NCBI GenBank assembly: GCA_030167865.1
Contig: JALAGF010003123.1
Location: 1 to 61,898 of the forward strand
Origin: Craspedostauros australis
Lineage: Eukaryota
Direction of reading: 5' to 3'
Length of the DNA: 61,898 nucleotides
Shown: one piece after another, positions 1 through 10,588 of the stretch
Numbering within the stretch: position 1 is the first letter of the stretch
Layout of the letters: each line of letters begins with the position of its first letter
The notes under the pieces: model-generated
Seen by the model: only the letters and a program-made list of their open reading frames with translations
Database searches by the model: none
Told to the model about the DNA's origin: nothing
Made by a program: the position numbers and the translations under genes

Positions 1-2
1 CC

Positions 3-560
3 TTCATCAAGAAGTACTGGGAGGCATCAGCGCACGACAAGAGCTACGAAAACGAAATGTGGAGACCGTTTCTGTCCGGTCTGATCGCATCTGGCCTCTA
101 CCGCAAGACACGACGGCCGGGATATCGGATGAAGCTGCGCAAGATGTACAAGGCTCTGAAGAAGATGCTCTCCATCCAAGGTTGCAACTGCCGAGACCGG
201 TGCCTGCTGCTCAAGGCAGAGCTGGTCTCGCTCCAGGGCGGCAAGCTCCCCCACAAGGTGCTGGGGGCTTACAACCTCGCGATCCAGACCGCCTTGCACC
301 ATGGCCAAGTCCAGACGGCGGCCTTGGGATGCGAGTTGGCTGGTGAGCACTTTCTGCGTTCNNNNNNNNNNNNNNNNNNNNNNAACTTCTTCCAACGTGC
401 TCTGTATTTGTACAAGGATTGGGGATGCGTGGCCAAGGCCGAGTACCTCCAGGAATGCCGTTCCATATACATCGACCCGATGGCATCACGTTTTTCAAGA
501 AGGAGCACACTTCACAAGCGTATCCCAGAAAGATTATTGCTTGGGCCGACCACAAACTGA
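3..560 (+). CDS. 3' end (partial, runs off the window start) of a predicted AAA/STAND ATPase sensor-type protein; C-terminal TPR-like helical region (COG3899-like)
   Basis: The frame is open from position 3. The motifs 'LLLKAEL', 'YNLAI..A', 'AALGCELAGEHFL' and 'RALYLYKDWGCVAKAEYL' match the A.A.E.AG...Y..WGA.AK tail of multi-sensor kinase/AAA ATPase proteins. The frame is preserved across the N gap. Confidence 0.65.
   Translation, partial: FIKKYWEASAHDKSYENEMWRPFLSGLIASGLYRKTRRPGYRMKLRKMYKALKKMLSIQGCNCRDRCLLLKAELVSLQGGKLPHKVLGAYNLAIQTALHHGQVQTAALGCELAGEHFLRXXXXXXXXNFFQRALYLYKDWGCVAKAEYLQECRSIYIDPMASRFSRRSTLHKRIPERLLLGPTTN
362..383. other. Assembly gap (22 N)
   Basis: Run of N in the sequence. 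Confidence 0.99.
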
Positions 561-766
561 TTGGATTAGTTGTCAGCTCAACACCCGCACAAAAAATGCA
601 CTACTATTGCCTTGTGCAGTACTGCACTCACAGGCTTGCGAGTATTCTTGCGCTTGCGGTGGGTTGACGAATCGACTAGAGTAGTATAATCATTGCATGT
701 GCATACATGTAGAAAGGTACTTGCGTCTGCCTGTAGCACGACTTGGTGTTGCTTCTGCGGAGGAGC

Positions 767-3118
767 TCACGCAAACTCCTTATTGTTGGAATTGTTCGCG
801 ACCACATCATTTACGATGGCTCTTGTCGATCTACGCATCAATGCTGCTGCTGCCATTTCTGGTGGTGCTCTTGCCTTGTGCTCTTCTGCTGTGTCCGTGC
901 GCGCAGCTTGGTTATCGGCGGCGAGCTCCTCTGCGATTCGCTCCGAGATGCTGCTTTGATACCGAGAAACGGCGGATTGCGCACTGTCCTTCCACATGTC
1001 ACCGACCGACAAATTCCATTGCAAGGAAACCGCGAGGCCGCGCAGGAGCATGCTTGTGCGGTACACCATCCCCAGTTCGTTGGGGAAGTACGTGATTGCA
1101 TCCTTCTTGTGCATCTCCTTATGCCAGTCGTGATCCAAATGGAATGGTTCAAGCCGACCAAACATGAGCTTGGCGAAATTTGCCAGAAATTCCGTGGAAT
1201 CATTTTTCGTTTTCACCTCCATGGCTCGGAAGGCTGCCGCGATCACCTCATCCGAGTCATTGTTCGCGACGCTGAGCAGGAGGTTGGCAACGCGGAACTG
1301 TTCATCCGGCCGCAGCTGCTTGCACTGCCCAAAGTCGATGAGACCGAGCTGCGGTTCCTTCCCGTCCATCATCAAGGACAGCTCGCCGCCAGCATCGTTT
1401 GTGTCGATGACGAGGATGTTGCCTGGATGAGGATCGGCATTGAACAGGCCCAGCTCGAAGATCTGGTGGCCATGAACCTCGAACAGTGCCTGGATCCATG
1501 TCCTTGTCATGGATATCCTCTGCGCTTGCTGTGCTGCAGTTTGATGCGCAGCTGCCCATCCCTTGACCGATGAGGGCACCAATGATCTCGTTGGCATTGC
1601 GTCATCGGCCACCACGTCGATGCCCTTGACAACTACGGCCGTTGACCAAAGCATCAGCTGTCGTGCGAACCGAACCGCCCAAAGGATGGAATCGAACCCG
1701 ACCGTGTTGCCGACCATTCTAGCAATCTTCGGCCAAACCGACGATCGGCCGATGGCAGGCGGGCCATGCTTGGTTTCAGTATTGATTTTCTTGGATGCTG
1801 CTGCTGTTGTTCCTGCTGCCACCGGTGATGATGATGCATCTTGGGTGCCGAGCGCAGATTCGTTGGTGCTCGCCTCGGTCTGCTCCTCGCTGCGACCTCC
1901 ACCATCGTTGTTGGTGTTTTGATTTTCACCAAAGTCTTTCGTCGCATTCTGCGCGATCGAACGTAACTCCGTCTTCGTGTTGATGCCCAAATCTTCCAGC
2001 CGCCTTCGTGCTTCCTCCTCCATCTTTGGACCTGGTAGGTACGTCATCGTCAAGACAGTGGGCGAGCACAGCTCTGGAAGGACTTTCGGCACGAGGACGC
2101 CATACTTTTGGTACGGACCGTTGGGATCCAAGCTGGATTCGTAGACTGCTTCGAGGTTGCGACGCTCCTTGTCGTAGTCCAGTTCGGCCAAGAACTGCCG
2201 CGAGAATTCTTCGTAGCTCATCTTCGCGGAGGATTCATCGATAACGTCGAAGTAGACGCAAAGGTCCATGAACTGGCCGATGCTGATGATGTCGGCTGGG
2301 ACCTGCCACTTCGCATCTGGATATTGCACTTTGATGATGACCGTTTGAGTGGGCGATGACGATGCGGAAGGGTCGTCCTCATGCGCAGCTCGCCGGATGG
2401 TCGCCTTGTGTGCCTGGCCAATGGATGCCGCTCCACATGGGATTGGATCTATGGACTCGAACACCTCCTGAAGTGCCGCGGCTCCAAAGTCTCTCTCCAG
2501 GACCGGCAGGATGATGGAATCGAAGTCTTCGTGTCCGGGAACATCGGACTGCAGCTTTTTGAACAGCTCTCGGTATTGATCAGGGACGGGCAGCGTCGAC
2601 ACCGACAGCACCTGCCCAAACTTGACGTACAGTCCCTTGAGCTCGAGCAGGCACTGGAACAGATCCGGCGCATGCTGCTGATGCAATTTTGCCATCGTCC
2701 CTGCGCGCCGCACCTTCCTTTGCTTTTGGAATTCTTCTTCCAGGTCCGCGTTATCGGCGCCCTCAGATTCCAACGCTCTGCGCGCCGTCCAATCCTGGTA
2801 CTGCACCAACGGACTGCGGCTGGACAGGTTCCATGTGTAATCCAACACCACTGGTCCGATGTACGACCAGAAGGTCAGCTGCCGATTCAATCCAGCGCCG
2901 TCATCGGATTGGAGGTACAGTGCTGTGCCTGCCCCACCAAGCGCAATCGAACCGCCGACTCCGATCAACGCGGTCCTTCCTGCTGTCCTCGCATAACCCA
3001 GTGGCGCCTTGGAGATGGCCGTGGAGCTGGCAGCACGTTGGACCGACCTCGCGCTTGCTGCCGATGGCAAAACGAATGCGCCTCGCGATGGGAAGTGACG
3101 TGCCGCCGCTCGAATCAT
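767..3118 (-). CDS. ABC1/UbiB (ADCK) atypical kinase, probably mitochondrial
   Basis: 783-aa ORF with KxGQ motif (LKGLYVKFGQVLS), LQSDVP, A-rich loop AASIGQAHKA, IKVQYP, ELDY, NADPHPGN and LIDFGQ. The N-terminus is R/A/S-rich and followed by a hydrophobic segment. Confidence 0.93.
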   Translation of the reverse strand: MIRAAARHFPSRGAFVLPSAASARSVQRAASSTAISKAPLGYARTAGRTALIGVGGSIALGGAGTALYLQSDDGAGLNRQLTFWSYIGPVVLDYTWNLSSRSPLVQYQDWTARRALESEGADNADLEEEFQKQRKVRRAGTMAKLHQQHAPDLFQCLLELKGLYVKFGQVLSVSTLPVPDQYRELFKKLQSDVPGHEDFDSIILPVLERDFGAAALQEVFESIDPIPCGAASIGQAHKATIRRAAHEDDPSASSSPTQTVIIKVQYPDAKWQVPADIISIGQFMDLCVYFDVIDESSAKMSYEEFSRQFLAELDYDKERRNLEAVYESSLDPNGPYQKYGVLVPKVLPELCSPTVLTMTYLPGPKMEEEARRRLEDLGINTKTELRSIAQNATKDFGENQNTNNDGGGRSEEQTEASTNESALGTQDASSSPVAAGTTAAASKKINTETKHGPPAIGRSSVWPKIARMVGNTVGFDSILWAVRFARQLMLWSTAVVVKGIDVVADDAMPTRSLVPSSVKGWAAAHQTAAQQAQRISMTRTWIQALFEVHGHQIFELGLFNADPHPGNILVIDTNDAGGELSLMMDGKEPQLGLIDFGQCKQLRPDEQFRVANLLLSVANNDSDEVIAAAFRAMEVKTKNDSTEFLANFAKLMFGRLEPFHLDHDWHKEMHKKDAITYFPNELGMVYRTSMLLRGLAVSLQWNLSVGDMWKDSAQSAVSRYQSSISERIAEELAADNQAARTDTAEEHKARAPPEMAAAALMRRSTRAIVNDVVANNSNNKEFA

Positions 3119-3483
3119 TGTTTGTCTTGGTGCTCAGTGAGTTACGGGTTGGCTTAAGAGACCTTGTTTGTCAAACGGTCGCTCGATACTGGTGACGATC
3201 TTGTTTTCGCCTCTTTGTTGTTTGCGATTGTGGTTGTTGTTGGTGGTCTTGTTGGTCCTTGTCGAATCTTGTTGTTGTGTGATGAGTATTGAAGCGAAAG
3301 TGGGTGTCAAGTGATGTTGAAAGGATCGTATGAACGGATTATGTCTGCTTTGAGTTGCCCAAAGGTTTTCGACTCCTTGCTGTTGTTCCTTCGTGTTTTT
3401 GTTTTTGCGTTTCGCTGCTGCTTCGCTGCTTTGGTCTGTGCGTGGTTTGGGTTTTTGACGCAATCACACGAAGGTGGTTGTGT

Positions 3484-3528
3484 GTTTTGGGGAACGTTCA
3501 TTGGAGATTCGTTTTGAGGAACGTTCAT
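3484..3528. repeat. Direct repeat 2 x GTTTTG(G/A)GGAACGTTCAT, 27-bp spacing, upstream of the ABC1 kinase
   Basis: Copies at 3484-3501 and 3511-3528 match at 17/18 positions, and each contains the palindrome GAACGTTC. Confidence 0.8.
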
Positions 3529-4884
3529 CAGGGATCTTGGTCGGGAAGAGGAACAACAAGGAACACTTCTCGAATGACAAAGAAACAACGCAATGATCGA
3601 TTCATTCGACCACTAAAGATCGCAACCTGTATCTTCGAGAATAGTATCTAGCTCTCTCTAGACACACGCAGAGAGAGGTGCTGGCAGAGAAAACGATTTG
3701 ACACAGGATCTGACATGATCTATTATATCGTATTATATAATATTATATAATACATCCGAGAAGATTTGGTATCATTGTCTGCATCGATTATTGATGGCGG
3801 CATTGGTCTTGAGATGCGGACAACTTCGTCCAGGCGTACCGAGGGAAGATGCGGCCAAGAAGACGCGAGACCCCAGCTGGTGAACCCGAAAGGTGTTGCG
3901 CGCACAGCGGCGGCGGTAGTCTTGGTGTTGCTGTTGCTGTTGACCTCATGGCATCATCATCTCGAGCCAATCCTATGCGATCAATTCTACTGGTCTAATT
4001 TCCTCAACTATCTAAAACTCTGCCTCCAATGCACACGATTCAGATCTGACGCGCCTCTGCGCTTCTGGTTCGCATCCATGCGACGCCAAAGATTCAACAG
4101 AAGCAGCCGCCTCGACAATTGTTCTGTGACATCAACAAACCTCATCCTGCCATAACTCAAACCAAGAGGAGATTCACAACCAGTGTCGACATCACCCAGC
4201 AGCTCCATCACCATCAACACATCCGTCAACAGCAGGACGAACATCTTCGTATCGAGTCGAACAGAACTGAGCAGACAGCGCCAACATGCGTCTCAATGGA
4301 TCTGGAATGTCCGCGTTTGGCCTTGCGGTCAGCGCGCTGCACTGCGTGATCGACGTCGACCTCAACGTGAATGCAGAAAGTCGGGTGCAAATCGTGGTAC
4401 GTCTGCTACCGTGCGGTTGAGTGTGCGCTGTATTGTGGTGCAGTGTGGTGTGATGCATTCGTGGTGATGTGGTGTTTTACCGCGTATGCTCTTTGTCTCA
4501 GTGACGCCCCCGGCATCTAGCGCTCGCCTATCTGCGGCTGAAGGTACTGCTGCACACACCCATGCATCCTCCGGCGTGGCCTACAATCATAATATCATGC
4601 ATTGTATTATAATGTCAATATAATGTGATGGATGTTTCGCTATTCTTCGCACCTTCTGATCCTATGGGCTTCGATGCAGAAGCAGCGATAGAGTGTCACA
4701 CAGTCTTCATTACGGATATGAAATCTCTCCATTGTGGAGCACGCGGTTGTCGCAGCATCCGGAGGCAGACTGAAGAGACATCCAATGAGAATACGAGTCA
4801 GTACGAGCTATAGCACCATACTCACACGACCCGCCTAACTCATCTCTCGCTCGCCCATCTTACGTCTCTTGCGCGGAATGGCCG

Positions 4885-6432
4885 TTGCCTCATACGACAA
4901 CACAGGCCCCTCCAAGCTTCAGAAAGGAAAGCGGATACAACCACACACAGGCACACTTTGGCTGGTTTCCATCCAACAGCTTCCTGGAACACACCGTGTA
5001 CTATGTCGACGATTTCATGTGCGATTCTTATGTTAGCGATCAACACATACAAGACCATGCTTGGCCAAAGTATTTCGACTCTGTGGCGGAGGAATATTCT
5101 CCCCCCAAAGCCCCATTCATCTTGATGATTGATCGGGGCAATTGTAACTTCGTGCAGAAGGTGCGGAATGCGCAGCACGCAGGAGCCACGGCGGTGCTGA
5201 TCGTGGACAATATCTGCCTTTGTTCCTCAGGAAGTCGATGCACCTCAGCCAATGACGCCGCATGCGAGTCGCTCGAGCCAGAAATGGGCGATGACGGGTC
5301 GGGTGGCGACATTGTGATCCCGTCGTTGATGATCCTCAAAGAGGACGGTGACGCCCTCAAGGCTGCCATGAAAGCTGGGACCTTCATCCGAACCAAGTTG
5401 TCATGGACTGGGCCAAACAAAGACCACGTGGACTACGAACTTTGGACAAGTCCAAACATCGCGTTCGATGGCGAAACAAGTATGGAACGTGACTTTGCGA
5501 ACTTTGCCAAGGCGCTGGGGAACTCTGTCACCTTCACGCCTCACGTGTACATATCCGATGGAGAGGCTAGTGGCTGCCTTGATTCCTACGGCAGAGATAT
5601 ATGTGGCAAAATGTGCACAAATCATGGCCGATACTGTGCACAGTCGACATATGATCCCACGGGCACAATTTCGGGTGCCGATGTCATCACAGAGAGCCTG
5701 CGTTGGATTTGCATCTGGAGGGAGCGTGGAGAGGATGGGACTGGCCTGGCATGGTGGAAGTACGTCCAGGAATTCCTCCGCACATGCACCGGAGAATCAT
5801 TTGCGAATGACGAATGCATCACCAACGCCATGAAGTCCGCCGGCATCAACAGGGGCGCCATCGACGACTGTATGTCTCATTCGGGCGGTGTTGAGGCACA
5901 CGTTGAAAACATCATCCTCCGAGATGAGATGCATCTTGCCCACAGAAAGGGTGTCTATATGACACCGAAACTGTTCATCAGCCATATGCCATATAGAGTG
6001 AGACCCACTGCAGGTGAAGCCTTCGAAACCATCTGCGCACAATTCAGCGCTGGCTCGCAACCTGAGGCCTGCCTCCGATGCACCAGGGAACGGGACTTTG
6101 CTCCGTGCTTCGACCGAGCAAACGAAGGAGGAGGAGAAATCCCTGCGGATACTCTTCTCGAACCGGATTCCGCCCCACCAGCACAAAAATCAGTCTCCCA
6201 TGCTACTTTCTTCGTCTCCGTGATTGCTCTGGTCGGTACGTTGAGCGCAGCTGGAGTGATCTACCACCAGCGAGCCCGCCGTAACATGCAGACCCAAGTC
6301 CGCGGGATTCTGTCGGAGTACATGTTGCTCGACAACAGCAACGACAACCACGATGCATCGCTTGAGGCCGTTGCATTTCCTCCAAGTGCTGATGCCGGTG
6401 CCGGATCTGTGCGGCTCGGACAACTGGGTTAG
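4885..6432 (+). CDS. Vacuolar sorting receptor (VSR/BP-80-like; PA domain, thioredoxin-like domain, TM); 5' exon unresolved
   Basis: PA motif 'MIDRGNCNFVQKVRNAQHAGATAVLIVDN', 'CTNHGRYC', 'ESLRWICIW', 'WWKYVQEF', a single TM, and the tail 'VRGILSEYMLLD' (equivalent to plant IMAQYMPLD). The ORF start is not an ATG; a probable acceptor ACACAG lies at about 4900-4905. Confidence 0.9.
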   Translation: MPHTTTQAPPSFRKESGYNHTQAHFGWFPSNSFLEHTVYYVDDFMCDSYVSDQHIQDHAWPKYFDSVAEEYSPPKAPFILMIDRGNCNFVQKVRNAQHAGATAVLIVDNICLCSSGSRCTSANDAACESLEPEMGDDGSGGDIVIPSLMILKEDGDALKAAMKAGTFIRTKLSWTGPNKDHVDYELWTSPNIAFDGETSMERDFANFAKALGNSVTFTPHVYISDGEASGCLDSYGRDICGKMCTNHGRYCAQSTYDPTGTISGADVITESLRWICIWRERGEDGTGLAWWKYVQEFLRTCTGESFANDECITNAMKSAGINRGAIDDCMSHSGGVEAHVENIILRDEMHLAHRKGVYMTPKLFISHMPYRVRPTAGEAFETICAQFSAGSQPEACLRCTRERDFAPCFDRANEGGGEIPADTLLEPDSAPPAQKSVSHATFFVSVIALVGTLSAAGVIYHQRARRNMQTQVRGILSEYMLLDNSNDNHDASLEAVAFPPSADAGAGSVRLGQLG

Positions 6433-6697
6433 AAAAAGGAAGGGTCAGGCAGGAGGGGAGAGGACGGGATAGAACATCCATCAGGGAGACTCGGAATTGA
6501 GCACTTCCCGCAACCTCGACCGATCGTACATGTTCACGAGTAGCGTGGACACCCGAAAGAATTGAAGCCCACAGGCAGGATGAAGCAGTCTTCTCAACAT
6601 CGACCTGTCACTACTCGTAGTACACAACAGGCATACATTAGTACAGTGATTCCAATGTACTTTCTCTCTCTCCAGAGTTGGGAGCCATCTCGGTTCT

Positions 6698-7786
6698 CTA
6701 TTTTATACTACGCGCACGTAGCATCCATTCGTAGACATCGCTTTGCTTCGACGCCGTTATGCCCATTGTGTGACCTCTCACTGCGGGGGGAAAGTCTTCA
6801 GGATCGTTGGCGAACCTCGAGTACACCACAAAATCTTGGCTTGAATTGACCTGTTCCAGACGCTGCACCAGATTGTCACTTGCTGAAACCGGGAAGATGA
6901 CATCGTCAGCACTGTGAAACACCCAGATCGGAATATCGCGTAATCGTTGCGCAGCCACTTCAGGCAGCTTTCCAGTGAAGCCGTAGGAGGCAACCACCGC
7001 ACCGCTGAACCGTCCGGTGGTCAGCAACTCCACGCTGACGGTGGCACCGTCGGAAAATCCGAAGAGGAACACCCTGTTTGGGTCGAAGCGGGGACAGCCG
7101 GCCTTGCGTCCTGCGTCGCTCTTGGCCCAGTCCAGGAACGCCAGCAACTTCCCTCTCGGCTCTTCGTAGAAGCTGCGCTTGCCGAAGGAGTAAGGAGCGA
7201 GCACCGCAAAGTTCTTGACGAGTGATGAGGGTGCCGTTCCACATCTGATGAGGCTCGGGATCAACCCAGAATGCTCACCTCGGGGATCTGCCAATTCGGA
7301 GATATCCATGTTGTTCTTGCCTGCACCATGCAGCACGAGTATCAGCGGCGGTGGGTTCACTGCATCTCCAGAGTCATGGCCGGGCTCAATAGAGCTTTGC
7401 AGCATTTGTGGCGGAGAGTACGAAAGAGCCTCATACGTTGATGGATCCCTCACGATCGAAAGAGGAGAGACATCGATGGCGTTCGTCTTGGTGACGTCGA
7501 AATCCTTCGAAATCAATGACGAGGGCCACGGCAAAGACAGTGGCGTTGACGCTTCTATCAATTCTTGTCCCCGCGCCTCGTCGATAGCCAATGCAGTTGG
7601 TGGACCAGCCACTGTGACCACCGAGACTCCTACCGCATGGCGACCTAGTTGCCGGCGAGAAATCGGCGCATCGCCGCTCCACGCGTCGCACGTGATTGGG
7701 CAGAGTAGAGGACTGATTGATGCCAACGCTGCTGCTCGTGCTACTCCTCCTGCCACTAATTTTCTTGTGAGTTTGGCCATCGTCAT
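6698..7786 (-). CDS. Alpha/beta-hydrolase (phospholipase/carboxylesterase, predicted-peptidase type), probably plastid/thylakoid targeted
   Basis: LVLHGAG oxyanion motif, GFSDGA nucleophile elbow, FHSADD acid motif and C-terminal GH. The start is placed at MTMAK; the ORF extends to 7903. Confidence 0.82.
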   Translation of the reverse strand: MTMAKLTRKLVAGGVARAAALASISPLLCPITCDAWSGDAPISRRQLGRHAVGVSVVTVAGPPTALAIDEARGQELIEASTPLSLPWPSSLISKDFDVTKTNAIDVSPLSIVRDPSTYEALSYSPPQMLQSSIEPGHDSGDAVNPPPLILVLHGAGKNNMDISELADPRGEHSGLIPSLIRCGTAPSSLVKNFAVLAPYSFGKRSFYEEPRGKLLAFLDWAKSDAGRKAGCPRFDPNRVFLFGFSDGATVSVELLTTGRFSGAVVASYGFTGKLPEVAAQRLRDIPIWVFHSADDVIFPVSASDNLVQRLEQVNSSQDFVVYSRFANDPEDFPPAVRGHTMGITASKQSDVYEWMLRARSIK

Positions 7787-8313
7787 CGCCACCGAGATGA
7801 ACATGAATCTGTTGCCACCGCTCCTGCCACTAGTCGTATCTTGCACTCCATTGTTGTCGTTTGTTGTTGGTGGTGGAAGATCTCGCCCATCATCCGCCAA
7901 CATGTTGCATCAACACAGTAAAGTTCTCGTCGCAGAAAGATCCAACTCTGTTCGTGATTGCAAGAATCAAATATCAGTGAATGAATGGAACGGTCGAATG
8001 TATCGATTGCAAACGTGCACTTCCAATCAGTCGTGCACAGATCTATGGGAATCGTTTTCGTCAAGATTCGGGAGATCTGCAACAAAACACCATCACACAC
8101 CCCAACATCGCGAAAGCGCAAGTACGAGTATCGACATCTGCGAGACATCTGCTGATGCTCAACAACAACGGGAAATAGCCCCATCAGCGCCAAACCCACC
8201 CTTGCCCCTTCTCCTTGATCTCACAAAATGATCGCACCAGAAATCCTCCAATCGGAACTACCGCCACCACCGACACCACCAATCGTCATCTCACAAACCA
8301 CAAACAGACCACA

Positions 8314-9759
8314 ATGACTCTCGAGACTCGCAAATGCAACTGGCTGGAATCAGTCTTCGCCTCGGCGAATGTCCGCTTCGTTGCCGGAGTGGATCTGAAA
8401 GAGATGAAGCCAATCGGTGAAGTCCGGAGTGCTGTGGCGGCTGCCATGAAGTGCATCGGCGGAGCTCATGTTTCAAGTTTGGATCCACCCACTCTGGCAC
8501 GCGGGGAGGACAATGAGCTGTCCACGCTGTCAATTCGAGAGGAACCGACCGCATCTCGCACCTTACGCCAACTCGTGGGCGCCAACATCGCGCAGGACAT
8601 GCCGGCATTGGGAGGCCCCATTGTGACGCTCCACCAGGATGACGCAGCATCAACCGAAACCTTCGCGATCGTGATCAATACCAACCATGCGCTCATGGAT
8701 GCCATCACCGTGAAGAAAGTTCTGCTTGCCATCAAGACATGTTTGGAACAACCGACATCGTCTCCACCAGGCACATCGCAAAAGGAGGACGGTTCCACGC
8801 AAGATCCACTTGTGCCATTCGCAATGACGGAGTGGTACGATGCTCTTGCCACACCCGCGGAAGCGAACAACGCGACATGGCATGCCATCAAGATGCAAGA
8901 CGAAACAAATCAGAAATTCTTGCCATGGGGTGAGCAGACCACCGTCACCGCCGCAGAATGCCTCGGCGCGAACAATAGCGCCACAGCAGTCGGAGGAGGA
9001 GACTCACTTACTTCAGGACAGGACCGGAGCCAACTCAACCCCGGCGAGATTGTGCTGACAGTGGTGTCAGAGAAGGTGAAGCAAGGCCTGGCAACTGCTA
9101 GATCGTACGGGACAACATGGACGGGGCTCTGGATGGCATGTCTCAGCTGTTCTATCGCAGAAAGGTATTTCAAGTCGGCCAGCAGCGACGACCGCGACAC
9201 CAAATCCAGCTGCTGTGTTGGAATTTCCACGCTGGTGGATCTTCGCCGATGCCTTCCCGCAAAGCAACTCACCGAGGGTATGCTGCAAATGCAGTCCACC
9301 GTGACTGTAGCAACGACGTGGGATCGCGAAGCTTGCGCAAAGCTTAGTGTTAGTGACAGCGGAGATGCCAACCGAGACCTTCTTTTGACACGTGCAAAGT
9401 TCATGACTGATCAGCTCAAGGCACGCATCAATCGTGGAGAGGCGCACAGACAGGCAAAAGCGTTTTCCACGGGAGATCTTGCAAACGAAGCTGCACCGAT
9501 TGAAGCCACTATCGAATTGTCCAATCACGGGATCTACGCGTCACCACGTAGTGTGGAGGTCGCACAACGATTTGACGGCTACGAGGGCCTCAGCATCATT
9601 ATTCATAGCGAGAGCGGCACGGGCGACATGAAGATCACAGCGTCCTTCGGTCAGAACGTGGATAGCAGGATGTGTGGCGACTTTCTCCATCGCACAGTCG
9701 AATTTCTCGAGGTGGTGGTCGCCACGGCTTCAGCGCCACCAAACAGCAGGACAGACTAA
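8314..9759 (+). CDS. CoA-dependent acyltransferase (HxxxD; alcohol acetyltransferase/PapA5/condensation-domain-like)
   Basis: N-terminal 'RKCNWLESVF', catalytic-like 'INTNHALMDA', 'TWTGLWMAC', 'VDLRR' and 'ELSNHG' (SNxG). The first ATG is at 8314, after an A/C-rich leader. Confidence 0.68.
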   Translation: MTLETRKCNWLESVFASANVRFVAGVDLKEMKPIGEVRSAVAAAMKCIGGAHVSSLDPPTLARGEDNELSTLSIREEPTASRTLRQLVGANIAQDMPALGGPIVTLHQDDAASTETFAIVINTNHALMDAITVKKVLLAIKTCLEQPTSSPPGTSQKEDGSTQDPLVPFAMTEWYDALATPAEANNATWHAIKMQDETNQKFLPWGEQTTVTAAECLGANNSATAVGGGDSLTSGQDRSQLNPGEIVLTVVSEKVKQGLATARSYGTTWTGLWMACLSCSIAERYFKSASSDDRDTKSSCCVGISTLVDLRRCLPAKQLTEGMLQMQSTVTVATTWDREACAKLSVSDSGDANRDLLLTRAKFMTDQLKARINRGEAHRQAKAFSTGDLANEAAPIEATIELSNHGIYASPRSVEVAQRFDGYEGLSIIIHSESGTGDMKITASFGQNVDSRMCGDFLHRTVEFLEVVVATASAPPNSRTD

Positions 9760-10588
9760 TCCTACAAATGAGGAAGTTGACGAGAGGCACGAGCATGTTG
9801 CGACTTCGAGGTTGCAGGTCGTGCTATTAACATTGAGTAGTGCACAACAAGAGTTTACAAAGAGTGCTATATTCCTCTTTGATAAATATATTGTGGATAC
9901 GTTTACCGCAGCTTCTAATCTCAAACGGAGCACGTAAGGACAAGCTGCACGGGCCTGGATCTTGCAGCCGTGTCCAACGTATTTGTACAAGCACAGTCGA
10001 GCAGAGCTCGACATAGAGTCCTGCCAGCTTCCGCAGTTGGATGCACTCCAAGAAAGCAAACAAATGAATGAGCCCCTCGCTCTGGCTAATGTGTTCTTAA
10101 GTGCTCTTCACAAAACGCCATGACGGATGGAATAGATCCAGAGAGGACGTGATCGTTGTGAGCTAGTTGAGATCCTGAAACTCGAGCAGACCAGGTTTTT
10201 GCGCCGCATCTCCTTGATCGCACTCCTCAACTCGTGGGGTGCTGACTCACTGATTGTTTTTGGCGGCCTTTGCTCTTTGACGAAGTCGAGCGGGGGTGAG
10301 ACGTTGACTACTATAGTACCAAGAGAAAGACGTGGAGGATGCCGAGGCATGCAGAAGAAGGCAGCTGATGCACCAAATGGTCGAAAGGCCGAAGTTCACT
10401 GTGGTCAACTAGTAGAAGCCATCTATTCCAACGAGTGGGACAAAATAGCATTACAGCATGATGTAATACAATACGTGGAAACCACAGGAGCTATGATCGC
10501 TCTGTTGCTTGTCTTGTTGACGTTCTTGTGGTTGCTGGACCTTGAGCGTGAGATGGATCCATATCAGTTGTGTCTCGACGCTACTGGC

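Noticed and set aside
3723-4470. Short ORFs between ABC1 kinase and VSR
   Set aside because: No consistent frame, splice model or homology. A decayed gene cannot be excluded.
9760-10580. Short ORFs between the convergent acyltransferase and TM9SF genes
   Set aside because: No recognisable product; no transposase, RT or terminal repeats seen.
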